Part shown: positions 10,210-19,900 of the stretch, piece after piece | Layout: every line of letters begins with the position of its first letter | Numbering within the stretch: the first letter of the stretch is position 1 | Assembly (NCBI GenBank): GCA_965240465.1 | Contig: OZ251219.1 | Span: 96,001-160,000 of the forward strand | Direction: 5' to 3' | Length of the DNA: 64,000 bases | Origin: a bacterium | GTDB taxonomy: Bacteria; SAR324; JACQKK01 | Notes under the pieces: model-generated | Seen by the model: only the letters and a program-made list of their open reading frames with translations | What the model was told of the DNA's origin: nothing | Databases searched by the model: none | Translations under genes and position numbers: made by a program

Positions 10210-11259
10210 TTGGTGATGAATGTTTTGTTAATAAGAATAATAAATATAGCTGCATATTTGAAGATTATTAATTGGAGGATTACAGGGATATTTGCAGTAA
10301 CAATGTTGCTCCCTAAGCAGGTGATGGCAACAGACAGTTTTAGTGCATCAATTTCAATGGAAGTAGTCATAATACTCCTATCTTTGCTGGGGCTTGTTAT
10401 ATGCTGGATATGCTTTCGGCAAGGATGGAACATAAAAAATATGCAAAGTCCTGGGTTGGAGGTTATTTCTCCTACTGAGAAGCGTCATTTTTTGTCGCTT
10501 CCGCAATTACCATGTAACTTGGAATTTATTTCCCAGCGGTTGAAATATTCGCAACTGCGTATTTCTGGGGGCTTAAATCGGGTACTGATGAAGAAGGACC
10601 CACGGGGAAATGTGATGTTGGAAGACAAAAACAATCGCAGTGTTATGTTGCACAATCGCCGTCGACTGGAACACATAAAATTGCTGATATATGATGTGCT
10701 GGATTTTGGTGAAATTACTCTAATGTATCGTGATTCCAATCTTGAAGCACATTCTAAGGAGGCATCAAGCCTGATATCAAAATTTATGGCAATGCTCAGA
10801 TCAAAGTCTACTGTGTACAAGGCTCCCAACCAATGGTCTGTCAGTAAAAAGTCTATCGCAGAGCCAACAGCTACAGGAATATCTTTTTGTCAACCGTTGA
10901 TGCCTATGCCAAAGCAAGCACCTTCGTTTATTTCTACGAGGAATCGAGAACAAGTATTCTTCATTACCAAAAATGTGGTGTTTATTGGTAGCTCTTCTAT
11001 CAACGATTTAGTATTGAAATCCCCAGATGTAGCTCTCAAGCATGCCAAACTGGAGCGTGTCAGTGACCGTTACAAGTTGGTACAACTGAGCCCTCGTGCT
11101 CACATTACCATCAACAGACGACGGGTGGAGCAAGGATATCTTAGGGCCGGAGACGAAGTGTATTTTGAAGGAACAGGCTTTATTTTTCGCTCCGAAACCA
11201 GTACTCAGGATCCAAAAGAAAAAAATACAAGTGATAAAGGCCATGTTCTAGCATCGTAG
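10210..11259 (+). CDS. Membrane-anchored protein with two FHA-like domains
   Basis: TM segment VVIILLSLLGLVICWICF; FIGSSSINDLVL....VALKHAKL...INRRRV....LRAGDEVYF; a weaker FHA-like unit ending HNRRR...LLIYDVLDFGEITLMY. Start uncertain. Confidence 0.7.
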   Translation: MVMNVLLIRIINIAAYLKIINWRITGIFAVTMLLPKQVMATDSFSASISMEVVIILLSLLGLVICWICFRQGWNIKNMQSPGLEVISPTEKRHFLSLPQLPCNLEFISQRLKYSQLRISGGLNRVLMKKDPRGNVMLEDKNNRSVMLHNRRRLEHIKLLIYDVLDFGEITLMYRDSNLEAHSKEASSLISKFMAMLRSKSTVYKAPNQWSVSKKSIAEPTATGISFCQPLMPMPKQAPSFISTRNREQVFFITKNVVFIGSSSINDLVLKSPDVALKHAKLERVSDRYKLVQLSPRAHITINRRRVEQGYLRAGDEVYFEGTGFIFRSETSTQDPKEKNTSDKGHVLAS

Positions 11260-11434
11260 GTATTGACACCTCGGTAATCACAGTCGTAGATGGCTTCTAG
11301 TAGTGTTCGGTTCAGCTAAAAACTTACCACCCGTAGCACAGTTCCATAAGAATCACTGGCTGGATATTGTTGCCAATTCCCACTGAAAACCATAATCTGC
11401 TCGTTTTTGAGCGGAGATCGTGCCTGTGGCTGGG

Positions 11435-11908
11435 TTATTTGCTGTCTTGCTCTTCTAAATCTTGAACACCTTCCAGTTGTTCTTCATAAAATGAGCGTCC
11501 CATGAGTCTTTCCTGTTGTTGCTGAAATTCCAAGCTATAGAGAGTGAGCGGCATCAGTAGCAACCTACGAGGATTGATAACCTCATCAGTTCCTTCACAA
11601 AGGCCATAGGTACCTTGAGCCATACGATCAAATGCTTCTTCAATATGTTGCAAGCGGCGCAAATGGCGTTGATGCATAATCAAGTTCATTTCTCTATCAC
11701 GTTCCTCAGAAGCATGGTCTAGGGCATCTCCGACCTCCTTGCCTACGTTTTCGGGAAACTCGCTGTGCAGATGATTATTTATCACCTGTTCGCTGTCAGC
11801 ACGCATCTTTTCAAGCTTGGCAATAATTTCACGTAACACATCCGCATCTAAGTGCTGGAGGTTATATACAGGGGGAGTATTGATCCTGGTGGCTTTCTGC
11901 TTGTCCAT
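11435..11908 (-). CDS. dksA: DksA/TraR family RNA polymerase-binding factor, single-Cys (zinc-independent-type)
   Basis: Coiled-coil tip DALDHA (DxxDxA); GTYGLCEGTDEVINPRRL...P.TLYSLEFQ. Confidence 0.85.
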   Translation of the reverse strand: MDKQKATRINTPPVYNLQHLDADVLREIIAKLEKMRADSEQVINNHLHSEFPENVGKEVGDALDHASEERDREMNLIMHQRHLRRLQHIEEAFDRMAQGTYGLCEGTDEVINPRRLLLMPLTLYSLEFQQQQERLMGRSFYEEQLEGVQDLEEQDSK

Positions 11909-12258
11909 ATAATCTGCTTCCTTTGCGTTAGGTAATCAAAAAATCACTGAAAAAATAAATGCTGGTAATGTATTTTTATCAATACTATCAAATCACGCTT
12001 CCAAACGGTGCCAATGTAGCCTACAGACAGGCACCATCGGTCCCAATCCACAACGGAATCCTACCATATTCTTCCTTGATAAGATAGGTCTTTATTTATA
12101 TCTGTATTAAAGATACTCCTAATCCCCCAGCTACATAGATTATTTTAGACGGCAGAGTTTCAACGCAGAAAATGCAACACCTTAAAAACATCGGTAGTCT
12201 CTAGAATCAGTATGATGAATAATAAAAATTGATGAGATGCTTTCCAAAAACCGGCAAT

Positions 12259-14364
12259 CTAACCAAAGAATACCTGAAACAACCCCTCTCCAAAACTATG
12301 AGCAAAAACCAGACTAACAATGGCCTGTAGCTTTATAAGGATATTCAAAGAAGGTCCGGAGGTATCTTTGAGTGGATCACCAACTGTATCTCCAATGACA
12401 GCAGCCGCATGAGCATCGGATCCTTTGCCACCCAAATGTCCTTGCTCAATTAATTTTTTAGCATTGTCCCACGCACCACCCGCATTAACTGATGAGGTAG
12501 CTAGTACCACCCCTGAGGCAAGGCTACCTATCAACAAACCTGCCAGAGGCTCCACTCCAAATAAAAAACCTACCGCCAGAGGAACCAGCAATACTTGGAT
12601 GGCAGGGACAATCATATTTCTTAAGGCTGATTTAGTGGCTATATCCACGCAACGGCGGTAGTTGGGAAGAACGGTGGAAGTTTCTTCTTCTTCCCCATCA
12701 TCATCTTCTTCTGTTGATACATTTTTAAGACCAGGGATGGTAGCAAACTGGCGGCGTGATTCGTTAATAAGTTCTTTGGCAGTACGTCCTACAGCTCTGA
12801 GCATCATGGAAGTAAAGGAGAATGGTAGCATGGCACCGATCACCAGCAGGGAAATGACGCTTGGTTTTAGAATATCAAGGGTATCAATACCTGAGCGTAC
12901 CAAGAAGGCAAATATCAGTGCTAAAGAAGTCAGTGCGGCAGATCCGATGGCAAATCCTTTACCTACCGCGGCAGTGGTATTACCCGCGGCATCAAGGGCA
13001 TCGGTGCGGCGGCGTACGACACTGTCCATGCTCGCCATTTGAGCAATGCCTCCAGCATTATCCGCAACGGGACCAAAAGCATCAATGGTGAGGGTCATGA
13101 TAATTGCCCCCAGCATGCCGATAGCCGACAGTGCTATTCCGTACATTCCTGCCGCAGAAAAACCTATGAAAACTGTGATACCCAACAGGATCACGGGAAT
13201 TACGCTACTACGATGACCGAGTGCCATACCAATCACGATGTTTGTAGCGGCACCAGTACGGGAAGCAGAAGCTATTTCACGAACCGGACGTTTGTGGGAG
13301 GAGGTGTAAAATTCAGTTACGATGCCAATCAGCAAACCTGATAACAATCCGCTTAGCACCGATAAATAAACTCCCATTCGTGAGATATTTTTCACCCCTA
13401 TGACAAATTCTTCTGGCAAAGAAAAAAGAGTTACTATCAAAGTCACAAAGGCCATCAAGACAGTTGAGGCAAACAAAGAGAATTTCAAGGCAGATTCTGC
13501 TCTGCGTGCTGTGTTAGCACGTACAAAAAAAGCAACTACCAAGGCCACGGGCACCCCAAAAGCAGTGAGAGTAATGGGGTAAAGCAGTGCTAATTCGGTA
13601 GAAAAAATGGTAGCTCCAATTACTAAGGCAGCACAGGTGCTCTCTGTGATAGAACCAAATAAATCGGCACCCATGCCAGCTACATCACCTACGTTATCAC
13701 CCACATTATCTGCAATTACAGCGGGATTGCGAGGATCATCTTCAGGGATGTTCTGTTCAATTTTGCCTACTAAATCGGCACTCATATCGGCAGCTTTGGT
13801 AAAAATCCCTCCGCCTACACGGGCAAACAACGCTATGCTGGAGCCTCCTAAAGCAAATCCTGCTATAGCTTCCATCAAGTGCCTAGTATCTTTGATGAAT
13901 GGTTTATATAAAAGGTACATGATTATCAGGCCCAGCAGGGCAATGCCCACCAGACCAAAACCCATTACTGCACCAGATTGGAATGCTCTACGAAAAGCTA
14001 ATCTCAGCGAACGCCTAGCAGCAACAGCAGTCCGAATATTGCCCTCGGTAGCAGCTCGCATACCCAACCATCCCGCCCCAATAGAGCAAAATGCCCCTAC
14101 AGCAAATGAAAATGCAGAGCCAAAATCTACCACCAGAAACACTAGTAAGCCAAACCCTATGATAAATACCAGCATGTGACGAAATTCTCGTTTTAGAAAT
14201 GCTTGTGATCCTAAAGAAATGGCTCCAGAAATTTGAACCATTCGTTCTGCCTGAGATTTGGGGATGCCTTTGGTTGGATCTTGCTTTATGACCTGCCTCA
14301 GAAAAACAAAGGCCGTCAGCAGTGACAATAATCCCAAGATAACAATAGTTGTTTCAACAGACAT
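12259..14364 (-). CDS. hppA: Membrane-integral ion-translocating pyrophosphatase (K+-dependent type)
   Basis: [61 protein letters not shown]. Confidence 0.97.
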   Translation of the reverse strand: MSVETTIVILGLLSLLTAFVFLRQVIKQDPTKGIPKSQAERMVQISGAISLGSQAFLKREFRHMLVFIIGFGLLVFLVVDFGSAFSFAVGAFCSIGAGWLGMRAATEGNIRTAVAARRSLRLAFRRAFQSGAVMGFGLVGIALLGLIIMYLLYKPFIKDTRHLMEAIAGFALGGSSIALFARVGGGIFTKAADMSADLVGKIEQNIPEDDPRNPAVIADNVGDNVGDVAGMGADLFGSITESTCAALVIGATIFSTELALLYPITLTAFGVPVALVVAFFVRANTARRAESALKFSLFASTVLMAFVTLIVTLFSLPEEFVIGVKNISRMGVYLSVLSGLLSGLLIGIVTEFYTSSHKRPVREIASASRTGAATNIVIGMALGHRSSVIPVILLGITVFIGFSAAGMYGIALSAIGMLGAIIMTLTIDAFGPVADNAGGIAQMASMDSVVRRRTDALDAAGNTTAAVGKGFAIGSAALTSLALIFAFLVRSGIDTLDILKPSVISLLVIGAMLPFSFTSMMLRAVGRTAKELINESRRQFATIPGLKNVSTEEDDDGEEEETSTVLPNYRRCVDIATKSALRNMIVPAIQVLLVPLAVGFLFGVEPLAGLLIGSLASGVVLATSSVNAGGAWDNAKKLIEQGHLGGKGSDAHAAAVIGDTVGDPLKDTSGPSLNILIKLQAIVSLVFAHSFGEGLFQVFFG

Positions 14365-14605
14365 GGAGTTTCCTTTTGGTTAGTAAGATAATAATAAAAA
14401 TCGCTGGACAAAAATACTCATATTTTGAAAATATTAAAAAGCCGTAGATATAGCCAGCTACGAGAATCATGCCATGAAAAATTATACGGCTTATGCGGAA
14501 AAAATAAAAACATTTTTTGAAAATCAACTTAACTTGGATATTATATGGGCAATAGTGTTTAGTGTCTAGTTTCTTTTTCGGTGACTTTCTAATATTTAGT
14601 GAGTA

Positions 14606-15370
14606 TTGGGTATGAAAATTGATTTATCAAAGTGTGTGGTTATGTGGCAGCAGGTAAAGTTGAAACTTATAGTATTGGTTAACATGGGAGTACTTTACCT
14701 ATTGGCAGTGACAATAGCAGGGACGATAGGGACTACAGGATGCTCTACAGCACGGAAACGGTATAAGGCAAATACTGTACGCAGTTTGTTGAAGTATCGT
14801 GATAATGAGACAGCTAGGTTATTTAAGCGTACTCATCGGAGTGGAAATTTGTACATTAATTTTCGTCCTGCTCTAGAATTAGATGCGGTTTTTATGGATA
14901 GACGACTACGTGAGGTGACTGTAAAGCGTTATGTGGATAATTTTTTGTTGTCTAAGAAGCAGAGTGACGTGTTGCATGCAGAACAAGTAAAGGCCTTTGA
15001 TAATATCATTGAGATGTTGGTGTTTGTGTACGAAGGAAACAACAAGCGTAGTAATCTGACCAATGATGATTCTCCATGGCGAATTCTTCTGAGAGATGAT
15101 GACGGACGACTGCACCCTCCCACGGAGATAAAGCAGTTGAAAAAAAATAGTTCACAATATCAGTTACTAGAGAAAAATTTTACGGTTTTAGACCGTTGGA
15201 CGCAGGTGTACCAAATAACATTTACCAAGTTGGCAAAGGGTGTTTTGAGCCAGCAATTGGGAGATCAGCCATTTGAGCTGATATTTACAGGCATCAAAGG
15301 CTCAGTAACGTTGAGTTGGAAAGATCTGTCCTTATTCTATCGTCTGGATGGTTCTAACTCTAAAACTTAA
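14606..15370 (+). CDS. Hypothetical lipoprotein
   Basis: Hydrophobic stretch followed by lipobox-like TTG-C; a likely start is the ATG at 14684. Confidence 0.6.
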   Translation: MGMKIDLSKCVVMWQQVKLKLIVLVNMGVLYLLAVTIAGTIGTTGCSTARKRYKANTVRSLLKYRDNETARLFKRTHRSGNLYINFRPALELDAVFMDRRLREVTVKRYVDNFLLSKKQSDVLHAEQVKAFDNIIEMLVFVYEGNNKRSNLTNDDSPWRILLRDDDGRLHPPTEIKQLKKNSSQYQLLEKNFTVLDRWTQVYQITFTKLAKGVLSQQLGDQPFELIFTGIKGSVTLSWKDLSLFYRLDGSNSKT

Positions 15371-15453
15371 ACAGATGGACAATTGGAGAAAAATTACACA
15401 TCAATTTCTCGCGTGTGCTATGCTTCGTTGGTTAAGTAGAAAATTAAATTTTC

Positions 15454-15481
15454 TTGTATTTTTTCTTGTATATTGTATAAA
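15454..15481 (+). promoter_or_regulatory. Candidate sigma70 promoter for cfpA-like gene
   Basis: TTGTAT-N16-TATAAA preceded by an AT-rich tract, about 175 bp upstream of the ATG. Confidence 0.3.
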
Positions 15482-15657
15482 AGCGTAGTACCGAGTACAG
15501 ACACTCAAGGAGTACAGATTGGTTTTCGTGTTTCTTGAGGCTATTTTTTAATGTTGTTTTTATTTGTAGGTTTTTTTGTTATCATGTAGCCTAATGGCAT
15601 GAAGCAGATGTCTGCAATATGCGTGTTCAGCAAGATTCCGTTTTGGAGTAAATAATT

Positions 15658-17508
15658 ATGGTTCGAGATACTATTACCCGTGGTCCCAATCTCATACATC
15701 CTGAGAAACCCAGTGCTGTTGGCTCGCGCAACAGTCTTAATCGGGATAATCGCAATGAATATGAGGAATCTAAGCTCCTTATTGATGAAGAAGTGGACAA
15801 GACACTCAACCACATCCACGCCAAACTTCCACCTGAGGTTTTGGAAAAATTGGACATCATGGGTAGCATCAAGTCCAAGTTACACAATTACTTCAACCAG
15901 AACTTCCAGAATATGTACAACCGCTATCTCACCACCATGGAGGATGAGCTTTCCAAAAAAGTTCGTGATTTGGTAGATAAGGAGGAATATCGTTCCCTCA
16001 ACCGTTATACTCCACGAGAAATTTCAGAAATTCTAGACAAAATAGGCGGCTTGGAGAAATTCAACACCGGTGAAATGGAAAAGTCCGTTGTCAATATTTA
16101 TGGTCACCTTCAAGGACACATCCAGCGCGGCATGTATGAACTGGAAAATGAAACTAATGCCTTGTTGCGACAAAAATCAGATGTGGGTGCTTTCGTCCGT
16201 GGTGAAAATGCTTATGCCATCGCCAAGTGTTCTTTCAAGAACAATTTCTACAGGCCGAAAAATGTGATGGATGTGAAACTGGCTATCAACATTCTGGATT
16301 CAGAGCTGATTAGCCCTATTTACCACTATCAAATTCCTACTGAAACCATCATCAAGGATGTCATTAGCAAGCACGTCCATGAACTAATTGAACGCGAAGT
16401 GGAAGAGCTCAACACTACCCTCATAGATGAAGGGAAAGAGGAACTTACCACCACCGAGTCCATGTTTGAAAAAATAAAGGCTCTTGACAATTACCTGGAT
16501 GATGACACAGAAAATGAGCAGTCTAAGCGGTACCAGTTTGTCGCTAAGCGTTTCATGGATCGTATTGAAGGCCTGCAGGCTGAGGTAGATCCTGACGATT
16601 ATGATCCTCTTAATGTACGTGAAAGTATTCAGGGTGTAATCGATAACGAGAACATTCGTAACCGAGGGTTCAATACCGCTATTAATAACCTCACTGCCGT
16701 TTTGGACACATCTCGCATGGGTTACCAACACGTAGAAAACTTCAAAAATGCCCGTCAGGCTGTTGTTCGTGAGTACGAAGATACTGATGTTACCAATCTT
16801 CCTGATGAGCGCTACGCTGTTCGCCTTTCATACTATGATGCTGAGCAAGTACGTTCCATGCGTAATGCGTACGATGTCCAAATGCAAGAGATGCAAGCCG
16901 AGATTGTTAAAGTCTATGATGTGGTAAATATTCTATATGAAGACTACAAAGGTCGCACAGGCAAAAGAGACTACGATGATATCGCTCGCCATTATGCAGA
17001 GAAAAATAAAAAGACTGGCGGAATTTTAAGGTGGTTCTCTACTGAGCTGGAAGAAGAAGAGGTTACTCCTAAGCTATGGAATGAAATAACTTTCGTTCCA
17101 CCAAAAAGTACCATCGTTGAGGAAAGTAATCGCACTGATGTCCATCTGATTGAAGAACTCAGAAAGCGTATCTTTGAAAGTCGTAAGAAAGTGGCAGGTA
17201 TATTTGGTAATCACTATCCTGCTGATCGTAATATTGTTGATACCCGTATCAGCTTTATGGAAAGCCAGTTCGAAGAGTTTGAGTCTAGGGTGAACCCTTA
17301 TCACATCCTTCCTGGTCTGGTACTGGAAATTGATATTACCTCAGTTAAGAGAAAACGCACTACCATGCTATCCATGGCTAATGTACTTAATGAGTTCCTT
17401 TATTCAGTCTCTAAAGGTTTCCAAGATACCGCTTTTGCTGAATTCTCCCGCAGACGCTCTACTGTTCGTGAGGATATTGCTCAGACCTTTGATAGAAGTA
17501 CAGAGTAA
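15658..17508 (+). CDS. cfpA: Cytoplasmic filament protein CfpA homologue
   Basis: Blocks recalled from Treponema CfpA: HPEKPSAVGSRNSL, NYFNQNFQNMYNRY, KFNTGEMEKSVVNIYGHLQGHIQRG, LLRQKSDVGAFVRGENAY, NRGFNTA, MANVLNEFL, FSRRRST. Confidence 0.88.
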   Translation: MVRDTITRGPNLIHPEKPSAVGSRNSLNRDNRNEYEESKLLIDEEVDKTLNHIHAKLPPEVLEKLDIMGSIKSKLHNYFNQNFQNMYNRYLTTMEDELSKKVRDLVDKEEYRSLNRYTPREISEILDKIGGLEKFNTGEMEKSVVNIYGHLQGHIQRGMYELENETNALLRQKSDVGAFVRGENAYAIAKCSFKNNFYRPKNVMDVKLAINILDSELISPIYHYQIPTETIIKDVISKHVHELIEREVEELNTTLIDEGKEELTTTESMFEKIKALDNYLDDDTENEQSKRYQFVAKRFMDRIEGLQAEVDPDDYDPLNVRESIQGVIDNENIRNRGFNTAINNLTAVLDTSRMGYQHVENFKNARQAVVREYEDTDVTNLPDERYAVRLSYYDAEQVRSMRNAYDVQMQEMQAEIVKVYDVVNILYEDYKGRTGKRDYDDIARHYAEKNKKTGGILRWFSTELEEEEVTPKLWNEITFVPPKSTIVEESNRTDVHLIEELRKRIFESRKKVAGIFGNHYPADRNIVDTRISFMESQFEEFESRVNPYHILPGLVLEIDITSVKRKRTTMLSMANVLNEFLYSVSKGFQDTAFAEFSRRRSTVREDIAQTFDRSTE

Positions 17509-17534
17509 TCGAATTTCTTACATTATCTCAATAC

Positions 17535-17573
17535 AAAAATCCCGCCTTCTTAAACAGAAGGCGGGATTTTTTT
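17535..17573 (+). terminator. Rho-independent terminator after cfpA, probably bidirectional (also for gnd)
   Basis: Perfect inverted repeat AAAAATCCCGCCTTCT-taaac-AGAAGGCGGGATTTTT with a T-run on both strands. Confidence 0.9.
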
Positions 17574-17681
17574 GGTGTCGCATCATTCCAGTGATAAAAT
17601 ATATATACGGGAAGGGCATCAGAAACACTGCCGCATTACGTCAGCAAATTTTCATTAAATTTTCATTTGCATAGTGGGTAA

Positions 17682-19112
17682 CTAATTATTCCATTTAGTA
17701 TGAAAATTCCCAGTTTTATCTAATCTTTGGTAAGTATGAGCACCAAATAAGTCGCGCTGGGCTTGGATGATGTAAGCCGGAAGACGTTTGGCATGCAGAG
17801 CGTCGTAGTAGGAGAGTGCAGAAAATATGGCCGCCAGTGGGTTACCTTTTTGTAGGGCAACCGCAACAAAATTACGCCAAGGGGGTTGCCTTTTTTTAAC
17901 TTCTTTGTAGAAATAAGCATCCATCAGCAAATTTTCCAGTTGCGGTTGTTGAGAAAAAGCATGCTGAATACTATCCAGAAGTCGTGCTCGGATAATGCAA
18001 CCTGCCGTCCAAATACCTGCAATCTTTGATAGAGGAAGTTTCCACCCAAATTCCTTAGAGGCCATGTGCAATAATGACATTCCCTGAGCATAACAGCATA
18101 CTTTAGAACAAAATAGGGCTTCTTGGGCTTGCTTAATAAGAGTGTCATCGGTAATGACATCGGTCTCGTCAGCTGTTTTTCTTACAGTTTTTGCATTAAG
18201 TAACTGGGAGGCTCTTTGTCTCAGATCAAATTGAGCACTCATCAAACGTGAATCTACCGCCGCAGCAATGGTGGGAACACATGCTCCTCTGGCAAGAGCA
18301 TCCTTCACCGTCCAGATGCCTGTACCTTTCATAGGTGCAATGTCCTTTATCATTTCTACTAGCAGGCGATCCTTATCACAATTGTCTGGTTGACGTAGCA
18401 CTCGCGCTGTGATTTCAACCAAAAATGATTCCAATTGGCCTTTATTCCAATCTTCAAATGTATCAGCCAACCGAGCGGGGCCTTGCGTGTCAATTAACAC
18501 ATCGCAAATTTCTGCAATTAACTGCATATCCGCATATTCAATGCCATTATGAACCATTTTTACATAATGCCCGGCTCCACCAGGCCCCATGTATTCTACA
18601 CAAGCACCATGGCTTCCCACAGCTGCAATGCATTCTAGTAACGGTGCCAATTCTTGATACGCGGTTTTGTCTCCGCCTGGCATCAGGCTAGGGCCTTTGA
18701 GAGCTCCTTCTTCACCTCCGCTCACCCCACACCCAATAAAGCGCAATCCCTTGGATATCATTCTTTGTTCACGGTTGTTGGTATCTACATAAAAAGAATT
18801 TCCACATTCTATAATCACATCATCCTTATCCAGACGTTGGCTGAGATCTTCTAACACTGCTTCAGTAGCTTGACCTGCAGGCACCAAAACAAAAATTTTC
18901 CGCGGTCTACTAAGCTTCTTCAGTAGACTATTGTAATCTTTGGCAGTATCCAAAAGGTTGTTGCTGTTAGCATAGCGGTGAGCAAATGAGTCCACCGTAG
19001 CAACAGAACGAGAAATTCCTACCCCTGATATTCCATTGTTGGCAAAGTTACGAAGTAAATTCGCACCCATTACCCCCAAACCAACCATCCCTATTTGATA
19101 TGGCTCACTCAT
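17682..19112 (-). CDS. gnd: 6-phosphogluconate dehydrogenase, decarboxylating (NADP-type)
   Basis: GLGVMG, GVSGGEEGA, GHYVKMVHNGIEY, IQAQRD.FGAHTY. True start is ATG 19112; the longer track ORF runs through the tRNA. Confidence 0.97.
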   Translation of the reverse strand: MSEPYQIGMVGLGVMGANLLRNFANNGISGVGISRSVATVDSFAHRYANSNNLLDTAKDYNSLLKKLSRPRKIFVLVPAGQATEAVLEDLSQRLDKDDVIIECGNSFYVDTNNREQRMISKGLRFIGCGVSGGEEGALKGPSLMPGGDKTAYQELAPLLECIAAVGSHGACVEYMGPGGAGHYVKMVHNGIEYADMQLIAEICDVLIDTQGPARLADTFEDWNKGQLESFLVEITARVLRQPDNCDKDRLLVEMIKDIAPMKGTGIWTVKDALARGACVPTIAAAVDSRLMSAQFDLRQRASQLLNAKTVRKTADETDVITDDTLIKQAQEALFCSKVCCYAQGMSLLHMASKEFGWKLPLSKIAGIWTAGCIIRARLLDSIQHAFSQQPQLENLLMDAYFYKEVKKRQPPWRNFVAVALQKGNPLAAIFSALSYYDALHAKRLPAYIIQAQRDLFGAHTYQRLDKTGNFHTKWNN

Positions 19113-19169
19113 GTTTTCAGTGTCATTTGTTGATTTTTTAGGAACAGTTCTTGAGTTCAAGGACAAAAA

Positions 19170-19253
19170 TGCCGAGGGCGGGGGTCGAACCCGCACTCTC
19201 GTGAGAGAACTGGATTTTGAGCCCAGCGCGTCTGCCAGTTTCGCCACCTCGGC
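19170..19253 (-). tRNA. tRNA-Leu(CAA), CCA not encoded
   Basis: GCCGAGG acceptor, anticodon arm CTGGG-CTCAAAA-TCCAG, long variable arm, GGTTCGAC T-loop. Confidence 0.95.
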
Positions 19254-19255
19254 CT

Positions 19256-19900
19256 TTAAGCAACACGAGCTTTAGGCTTGGTAAGGGTAGAGGTGTGCTT
19301 ATCTGTTGTCAAGCTTGAGAGTGGCTTTCTAAAAAATAGATTGTCAAAGCCATGACGCCCCAGGGTGTCTAGGACAGCTACTGCGGTTTTGATAGAGTCT
19401 CGGTTGACCAAAGGCACGCTTAAATGAGCTTGTTGATATTGGGGCTGACGTTCTTCAAACAAGCAGGTGATATAATCCCGCCATTCTTCATTGGTCTGTT
19501 GTTTGTTGTTAATCAGGGGACGGTGGCTGTTGCGTTTTAAGCGAGTAAAAAGGGTGTTGAGGTCTGCTTCCAAATATACGACTGTTCCTGCTTTCCGCAG
19601 TATCTCCATTCCGCATGGGTTGATGGGCATGCCACCACCAGTAGCTACCACATGTTTTTCAAGATACAGAAAACGATTCATCATTTTAAGTTCTATTTTA
19701 CGGAAAAATGCTTCTCCATGAGTAAGGAATATATCGGCTATGGACATGTTGAGGGTGTCCTCGATCAGTTGGTCTGTGTCTATAAAGTGATATTTAAGCT
19801 GGCGGGATATATATTTTCCCACAGTGCTTTTCCCTGAAGTCATAAATCCAGTTATCAAGATATTACTGGATTTCGTATTAATGTAGCTCAACTGTGTCAT
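19256..19900 (-). CDS. aroK: Shikimate kinase
   Basis: GFMTSGKSTVG Walker A, DTD, GEAFFR, ATGGG, RPL. Confidence 0.93.
   Translation of the reverse strand: MTQLSYINTKSSNILITGFMTSGKSTVGKYISRQLKYHFIDTDQLIEDTLNMSIADIFLTHGEAFFRKIELKMMNRFLYLEKHVVATGGGMPINPCGMEILRKAGTVVYLEADLNTLFTRLKRNSHRPLINNKQQTNEEWRDYITCLFEERQPQYQQAHLSVPLVNRDSIKTAVAVLDTLGRHGFDNLFFRKPLSSLTTDKHTSTLTKPKARVA

Noticed and set aside
11396-11415. 7-bp hairpin between the convergent FHA gene and dksA
   Set aside because: Short stem with a wobble pair and no U-tract; too weak to call a terminator
7824-14179. Long antisense ORFs opposite ftsZ (219 aa) and hppA (190 and 126 aa)
   Set aside because: Typical reverse-frame shadows of conserved genes
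19113-19247. N-terminal 45 aa of the 521-aa track ORF (MAKLADALGSKSS...)
   Set aside because: It is a translation of tRNA-Leu(CAA) and spacer; Gnd homology starts at ATG 19112
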